Positions 6,194 to 10,939 of a DNA stretch of 10,939 bases are shown here, in pieces. The notes below the pieces were generated by a model. The model made no database searches and had not been told where the DNA came from. It saw only the letters and a list, made by a program, of their open reading frames with translations. The DNA is taken from the NCBI GenBank assembly GCA_043739185.1, contig JAYUEN010000429.1, forward strand, positions 1-10,939. Reading direction: 5' to 3'. Within the stretch, counting starts at the first letter, position 1; each line of letters starts with the position of its first letter. Position numbers and translations under genes: made by a program. Source of the stretch: Bdellovibrionales bacterium. Its GTDB lineage: Bacteria; Bdellovibrionota; Bdellovibrionia; Bdellovibrionales; JAMPXM01.

Positions 6194-7489
6194 TTATCTT
6201 AATGTTGCTTTAAACATAACCCAAACGCGACTTGCATTTTTAATTTGGCCCAGAGAAGAAGTGTCGCTGCCATCAAATTTGTCCACTCCAAAAAGAAGTT
6301 CGGTTTGGCTTGATGTTGGTATTGTTAGTTGAGCTTGCGTCAATGAACTAGAGTCTTGTGTGAATTCAGTTAAAAGAGTTTCAATGGCGATGTTATTGGC
6401 AAACACTTTGGCGATCCGTGCGCTTGCGATTGCCTGCAGGTTGGTTCGACCTAGCCAACTGTTGTTTGCTAGGTGACTCTCTGAATACTGAAAACCAAGC
6501 TGCCATTTGTTGAGCGCCGGTAGATCGACGCCCAGAACATAAATGAGTTCATTTGATTTAGCTGTGCTGACACTGATACCGTCGCCAGTGTTGAGTTCCC
6601 GATTAAAATGCTGCAGAATCTCAGCTCGGACAAGAAAACCGCTGAGGTCAAGAGTGGCAGTTGTACCTCCTGTTTGCAGGGGCTTGTAGTCAGGAGACAC
6701 AACAATTGATTGCGGTAAGGGGACAATCTGCAGTTGATAAACTGGCAGTCGATCATAGTAGTTCAAATAAAATAAAGACAAATCTAAGTGAGAAATTTGT
6801 TTGGTCAACCGGAGTCCATATTCGCTTCGGGTCAGTGGCTCTTTGGGTTCTCGATTGATCGTTAGTGGGAAGCTGGAATAGGCAGTAGGTAATGTGAACG
6901 AATTAAAATCACTTCCCGAACTAGGTAGTAAACTATGGCTCGCTTTGGGAATGTAAAGAAGTTGTAAAGATGAATTAGAGAAAATCCATTGCAAGTTGAG
7001 CATTGGGGAATTAAGCCGATTTCGCGAAAGGTCGCCAAGCCCTGCCTCACGGTAGTCCTTGGGATTGACAATGTCAGCATAGTAATACCCAAATGCCTCT
7101 CCCCATACGACCTGCTGATTTCCCGCCCGAGCGCGAAAAACCCCATTTTGATATTGAAGATAATTGTCACGCAGGAAAAAGCTTTGTGAATCTTTTTTGG
7201 CAACATCACCAATGCCGTAACGTTCAGGTACTGCGGCGTAAGCCGACTCAACTTCAGCTCGAAACCCTATCACTAATGACCATAAGTTTTTGTATTCTGC
7301 TTTTTGCTTAAATTCAAAAGTGTGCCGGTGAGTGGCTGTACTTGGGGCACCATAGTAATGCATCCCATACCTTGTATCAAAATCTAACTGGTATTCCTCA
7401 TTTGCTGCCCATGCCTTTAATGGTAAGCAAATGAATCCTAAGGCTAAAAAACTAATTATTAAGAGATTCTTTGTTGAAAAAAGATTCAC
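6194..7489 (-). CDS. Exported, probable outer-membrane beta-barrel protein (DUF1302-like)
   Basis: 431 aa. Signal peptide ending LKAWA-A, RAGNQQVVWGEA...ADIVNPKD motif, many alternating amphipathic strands (EYGLRLT, DLSLFYLNYYD, YVLGVD, WQLGFQY). Directly follows the LolA-like gene. Confidence 0.7.
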   Translation of the reverse strand: MNLFSTKNLLIISFLALGFICLPLKAWAANEEYQLDFDTRYGMHYYGAPSTATHRHTFEFKQKAEYKNLWSLVIGFRAEVESAYAAVPERYGIGDVAKKDSQSFFLRDNYLQYQNGVFRARAGNQQVVWGEAFGYYYADIVNPKDYREAGLGDLSRNRLNSPMLNLQWIFSNSSLQLLYIPKASHSLLPSSGSDFNSFTLPTAYSSFPLTINREPKEPLTRSEYGLRLTKQISHLDLSLFYLNYYDRLPVYQLQIVPLPQSIVVSPDYKPLQTGGTTATLDLSGFLVRAEILQHFNRELNTGDGISVSTAKSNELIYVLGVDLPALNKWQLGFQYSESHLANNSWLGRTNLQAIASARIAKVFANNIAIETLLTEFTQDSSSLTQAQLTIPTSSQTELLFGVDKFDGSDTSSLGQIKNASRVWVMFKATLR

Positions 7490-8168
7490 TCAATTTTTCT
7501 TTCTTGTAGTTCATGAATATTAAAACCGATTTTTGGCTTTTATTCAAAGCATTTACAATCTCCATTCTGGTTAACAAAGTGTGCCCAAAAAAAGATTTAG
7601 GGTTTTTGAAAGTCGCTATTTTTAGATCTTTACCGCCATCGGATTTAAATACTGCCTTTAGAGGAGCATAGTTTTTTTGACTCACCCAATATTCAACGAA
7701 AGAATAAGTGACCTCATCCCTCTTTTTTTTAAGTGAAAGATGGATCGCTTTTATTCCATCAATATCTTCTTGCCCCTTCACTTCAACGTGGTAGTCATCT
7801 CCAAAATTTGTCCTTGCGAGGTCTCCGTTTGCGACTTCTCCGGTCAACTTTTGCTGCATGCTCACTCGTGTTGGACGTTTAATGTCTGGAGTATAAAACC
7901 ATAAATCATCGTCTTTCATTAAAAGCTTTCGTCCCGCTTGTCGCTCTGGAAAAATCGTCTCAATGCGGCTCATTTGCGAGCCTTTTGAATACACTTTGTA
8001 TTTAGTTTTTTGCACGTTTCTACCTTTGAAATCACTCACTTCAACAACAAACGAATTATCAGAATCTATATATCGCATCATATCTGCTTTTTTAACGATT
8101 TCAATTCCGCTTATCCCAAAGGATAGCGAAGAGAAAACCATACAGGTGATTAAAATAATAAGATTCAT
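7452..8168 (-). CDS. Outer-membrane lipoprotein-sorting (LolA-like) periplasmic protein
   Basis: 238 aa. Signal peptide, PERQAGRKLLMKDDDLWFYTP..KRPTRVS..QKLTGEVANGDLARTNF, TYSFVEYWV, KLSESFFNKESL terminus. GAGGA RBS upstream. Confidence 0.85.
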   Translation of the reverse strand: MNLIILITCMVFSSLSFGISGIEIVKKADMMRYIDSDNSFVVEVSDFKGRNVQKTKYKVYSKGSQMSRIETIFPERQAGRKLLMKDDDLWFYTPDIKRPTRVSMQQKLTGEVANGDLARTNFGDDYHVEVKGQEDIDGIKAIHLSLKKKRDEVTYSFVEYWVSQKNYAPLKAVFKSDGGKDLKIATFKNPKSFFGHTLLTRMEIVNALNKSQKSVLIFMNYKKEKLSESFFNKESLNN

Positions 8169-8288
8169 TGCGCATCCTCATTTAATGCCCTATTATAGTC
8201 AGGTATTAACATCATTAGGTACTCATTGATGTTTTAGATTTTACAAAACTAGACTAGACTGATTTAATATAATTTCTAAAATAAAATT
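8169..8288. promoter_or_regulatory. Divergent promoter region between the LolA-like/barrel genes and the ABC genes
   Basis: 120-bp AT-rich gap. Perfect TATAAT on the minus strand (8197-8192) and on the plus strand (8268-8273); dyad AACATCA-N12-TGATGTT (8208-8233) between them. Confidence 0.55.
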
Positions 8289-8978
8289 ATGGATGCAATG
8301 TTAGAACTTTTTAAAATTAGTAAAACTTATGGCGTAGGTGAAGCAACTGTTTTTGCTTTACGTGATGTATCTTTGAATATTGTGGCGGGTGAGTTCACCG
8401 CATTTGCAGGTAGTTCTGGAAGCGGGAAGACAACTCTGCTCAACCTCATTGGTGGTCTTGACCTCCCCTCTTCAGGCGAGATCAAGCTTCAGGGGCAAAA
8501 TTTGGCAGAACTCTCTAGTCGCAAGCTTGCGGATTTGCGAAGACAGAAATTAGGCTTCATTTTTCAAACATTTAATCTTTTACCAGTTTTGACTGGCTTA
8601 GAAAATGTAGAATACCCTCTTTTGCGAATGGGTTTGGATTCACGAGAGCTAAAAAAGCGATCGCTTGAAGCCATCGAGCGTGTAGGACTCACGTCAGTGA
8701 TGCATCATCGTCCAAATCAAATGAGTGGTGGCCAACGACAGCGGGTAGCTATCGCACGGGCCATGGTACACGATCCTAAGATTATTTTAGCCGATGAGCC
8801 GACGGCAAATTTGGATAAAAAAACAGCTGCCGATATCATCAGACTCATGCGGTCTCTCAATGAAGAGAGTGGTGTCACTTTTTTATTTTCGACCCATGAC
8901 CCCATGATTATGGAAGCCGCAAAGAAAATTATTCGTATTTCTGACGGTCAACTTGTGGCTTCTGAGTCAGGTGTCTAG
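8289..8978 (+). CDS. ABC transporter ATP-binding protein, LolD/MacB family
   Basis: 229 aa. Walker A GSSGSGKTT, LGFIFQTFNL Q-loop, signature MSGGQRQRV, Walker B ILADEPTANLD, H-loop STHD. The true start could be the ATG at 8298. Confidence 0.95.
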   Translation: MDAMLELFKISKTYGVGEATVFALRDVSLNIVAGEFTAFAGSSGSGKTTLLNLIGGLDLPSSGEIKLQGQNLAELSSRKLADLRRQKLGFIFQTFNLLPVLTGLENVEYPLLRMGLDSRELKKRSLEAIERVGLTSVMHHRPNQMSGGQRQRVAIARAMVHDPKIILADEPTANLDKKTAADIIRLMRSLNEESGVTFLFSTHDPMIMEAAKKIIRISDGQLVASESGV

Positions 8979-8980
8979 AA

Positions 8981-10192
8981 ATGCTTTATTGGCGTCTTGC
9001 TTTTCGAAATTTGTTGCGACACCGGGGTCGTTTGATTTTGAATTTGATTCTTCTGGTGGGAGCCTTTTTGACTATTATTTGTTTTAAAGGATTTAAGACC
9101 CATGTTTTAGAATCTATTCAGGGCTTAGTCATTGATACCCAATACGGTCACATTCAAATCGCAAAGCAGAGCTTTTGGGACAATTCATCGGTCGAGCTAG
9201 TGACTGACAAAATGATCGGTAACTCCGATGAGCTGGTACGGAAAATTTCAAAGATTGAAGGGGTTCAGTTTGTTTCTCCAAGAGTGGGATTTTTTGGACT
9301 TATTAACACAGAGGATAAATCAATCACGGCTCACTTTATTGGTATTCAGCCAGAAGTCGAATTAAAAACGCAAAGAAGTCTTTTGTTAGTTGAGGGCCGT
9401 GAGTTCGAACAATCCAAACATGCAATTTTAAGTATCGGTCTGCAGACAAAACTAAAGATTAAAAGCGAAGATGAAGTAACAATCGTGAGCCCGACTCTCA
9501 GTGGTGGAATCAATGCCATGGATATCAAGGTAAGTGGTATTTTTAGCAGCGGGTTTGCAGATGTCGACAATGGCACAGTTTTTTTGACATTGAAAGATGC
9601 GCAAAAAGTTTTGGATTCAAATTACGTCGATCAACTAATCATCACATTAAAAGATGAAAAACAGAGCTCTCAAGTTCTTTCAGAAATTCGCGAGCTTTTG
9701 CGCGGCACCGATTTGCAAGTGAAGTCTTGGAGAGAATTGGCCGAGTTATACAATCAGGTCGAAAACTTTTATATTTTTCAGAATCTTTTTATCGAAATTA
9801 TCATCCTTTTACTACTTTTTCTGAGTGTTGCAAATACGGTCAGCATGAATGTATTTGAACGTCTAAGTGAAATAGGTACATTACGAGCTCTAGGAGATTA
9901 CGAGTCCGATATTCAACACCTATTTTTAATCGAGGCAATTTTATTGGGGCTGCTTTCGATTTGTATTGGCATTCCTTTGTCACTTATTTTAATTAAGCTC
10001 ATTTCCAGTTTAGAAATTCAAGTTGTGCTGCCCATGGCGAGTCAGCCAATTCCCTTTAGACTGATTCCTTCATTCGGAGCTTATTTAGAAGCCTCCTTTG
10101 TGTGTTTGTTTTCGGTGGTGGTGGCGAGCTTGTGGCCGGCTCGAAAGGGCGCGAAAATTTCAATTGTTACTGCCTTGGGAGCCAGAATTTGA
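8981..10192 (+). CDS. ABC transporter permease, LolC/E (MacB-PCD + FtsX) family, copy 1
   Basis: 403 aa. LAFRNLLRHRGR N-terminus, TM1, large periplasmic domain (GHIQIA), VFERLSEIGTLRALG, three C-terminal TMs, ASLWPARKGAK. Confidence 0.93.
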   Translation: MLYWRLAFRNLLRHRGRLILNLILLVGAFLTIICFKGFKTHVLESIQGLVIDTQYGHIQIAKQSFWDNSSVELVTDKMIGNSDELVRKISKIEGVQFVSPRVGFFGLINTEDKSITAHFIGIQPEVELKTQRSLLLVEGREFEQSKHAILSIGLQTKLKIKSEDEVTIVSPTLSGGINAMDIKVSGIFSSGFADVDNGTVFLTLKDAQKVLDSNYVDQLIITLKDEKQSSQVLSEIRELLRGTDLQVKSWRELAELYNQVENFYIFQNLFIEIIILLLLFLSVANTVSMNVFERLSEIGTLRALGDYESDIQHLFLIEAILLGLLSICIGIPLSLILIKLISSLEIQVVLPMASQPIPFRLIPSFGAYLEASFVCLFSVVVASLWPARKGAKISIVTALGARI

Positions 10193-10201
10193 GGAAGTTC
10201 A

Positions 10202-10939
10202 ATGCTACTATTTTTTAAACTAGCACTTCGAAATCTGATTAGAAATCGAGTCAGAACATTTTTAAATCTGCTCATGATCATAGGTGCCTTTTCAGCGATT
10301 GTCATCTTTCGCGGATTTGCTCACTACATGCTACATTCGGTCGAAGATGGCTTGACTGAAGGACAAAATGGTCACATTCAAATTGCAATGCCAGCCATTT
10401 GGAATGACGATTTACCAAAGCATAGAGAAGATGCTTATCTTGAAAATCATACTGAGGTTGAAAAGAATTTGCTGTCCATTCCTGGAGTTAAGTTGGCTTC
10501 AGGCAGAGCAAACACCTATGTCCTATTGATTAACGGTGATAAATCGGTCGGGGCGCAGGCCGTGGGCTTTAACCCAAAGATTGAGCCCAATATTGAAAAA
10601 GCTCTAACGATTACAGAAGGCGAAGGTTTTTCAAAAGAACAAAAATTTGAAATACTTGTTGGCGCGGGACTGCAAAAAACCTTGCAATTGAAAATTGGGC
10701 AAACGATTTCGATTGTTTCTCAGACATTGACAGGCTCGATGAGTTCACTTGATCTTGAAGTGAAGGGAGCGGTAAAAACAGGCTTTGCAGATTTAGATAA
10801 TTCCACTGTCTATTTACCTCTAGGAATCGTTCAAAAGCTACTGGGAACCGAAAGAGTCGAACGAATCGCCATTCTGCTGAATAAGGGGGTTTCACTTGAG
10901 GATTCCCTGGCAAGAGTAAAAGAAATTTTGAAGAATCAT
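10202..10939 (+). CDS. ABC transporter permease, LolC/E family, copy 2 (3'-truncated by window edge; absent from ORF track)
   Basis: ATG at 10202 after GAGGA. Frame is open to the window end (246 codons): MLLFFKLALRNLIRNRVRTFLNLLMIIGAFSAIVIFRGF...GHIQIA...KTGFADLDNSTVYLPL...KEILKNH. Colinear with permease 1. Confidence 0.92.
   Translation, partial: MLLFFKLALRNLIRNRVRTFLNLLMIIGAFSAIVIFRGFAHYMLHSVEDGLTEGQNGHIQIAMPAIWNDDLPKHREDAYLENHTEVEKNLLSIPGVKLASGRANTYVLLINGDKSVGAQAVGFNPKIEPNIEKALTITEGEGFSKEQKFEILVGAGLQKTLQLKIGQTISIVSQTLTGSMSSLDLEVKGAVKTGFADLDNSTVYLPLGIVQKLLGTERVERIAILLNKGVSLEDSLARVKEILKNH

Noticed and set aside
6469..7311. Five short ORFs (6469-6756, 6661-6858, 6862-7251, 6989-7189, 7093-7311)
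   Set aside because: All nested in alternative frames or antisense of the barrel gene, whose main frame is intact; no motifs.
7963..8229. 88-aa + strand ORF
   Set aside because: Antisense to the LolA-like gene; no independent support.
8717..10913. Minus-strand ORFs 8717-8905, 9346-9576, 10081-10305 and 10611-10913
   Set aside because: Antisense shadows of the ABC genes; 10611-10913 lies opposite the real second permease.
8289..10939. Calling the ABC genes lolCDE or macB
   Set aside because: Family-level similarity only; the context (LolA-like plus barrel, biosynthetic neighbours, no MacA/TolC) does not support orthology.
1..10939. CRISPR array, tRNA/rRNA, IS or prophage elements
   Set aside because: No spaced repeats, structured RNA gene signatures, transposase/integrase ORFs or terminal inverted repeats were seen; nearly all sequence is explained by the ten CDSs.

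Overview
AT-rich bacterial (Gram-negative type) accessory locus with ten genes in three blocks. (1) A + strand operon: AMP-forming acyl/aminoacyl ligase, fold-III PLP decarboxylase (the pair usually annotated 'exosortase A-associated'), and a small membrane-anchored left-handed beta-helix (LbH) acyltransferase. (2) A - strand run: LolA-like periplasmic protein, DUF1302-like outer-membrane protein, RmlB-like NDP-glucose 4,6-dehydratase, and a GT1-type glycosyltransferase. (3) A divergent + strand LolD/LolCE(MacB/FtsX)-type ABC transporter with two paralogous permeases; the second is missing from the ORF track and runs off the window. My inference is a biosynthesis-plus-export system for an aminoacylated/glycosylated envelope lipid or polymer. 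Main oddities: the glycosyltransferase N-terminus has no canonical start codon (probable ATC start) and is in frame with rmlB behind a single TAA; the LbH protein looks like one stand-alone repeat of the epsilon-poly-lysine synthetase C-terminal region; the ligase looks to be translated from a leaderless mRNA. No RNA genes, CRISPR arrays or mobile elements were seen. All family calls come from reading motifs by eye, not from database searches.
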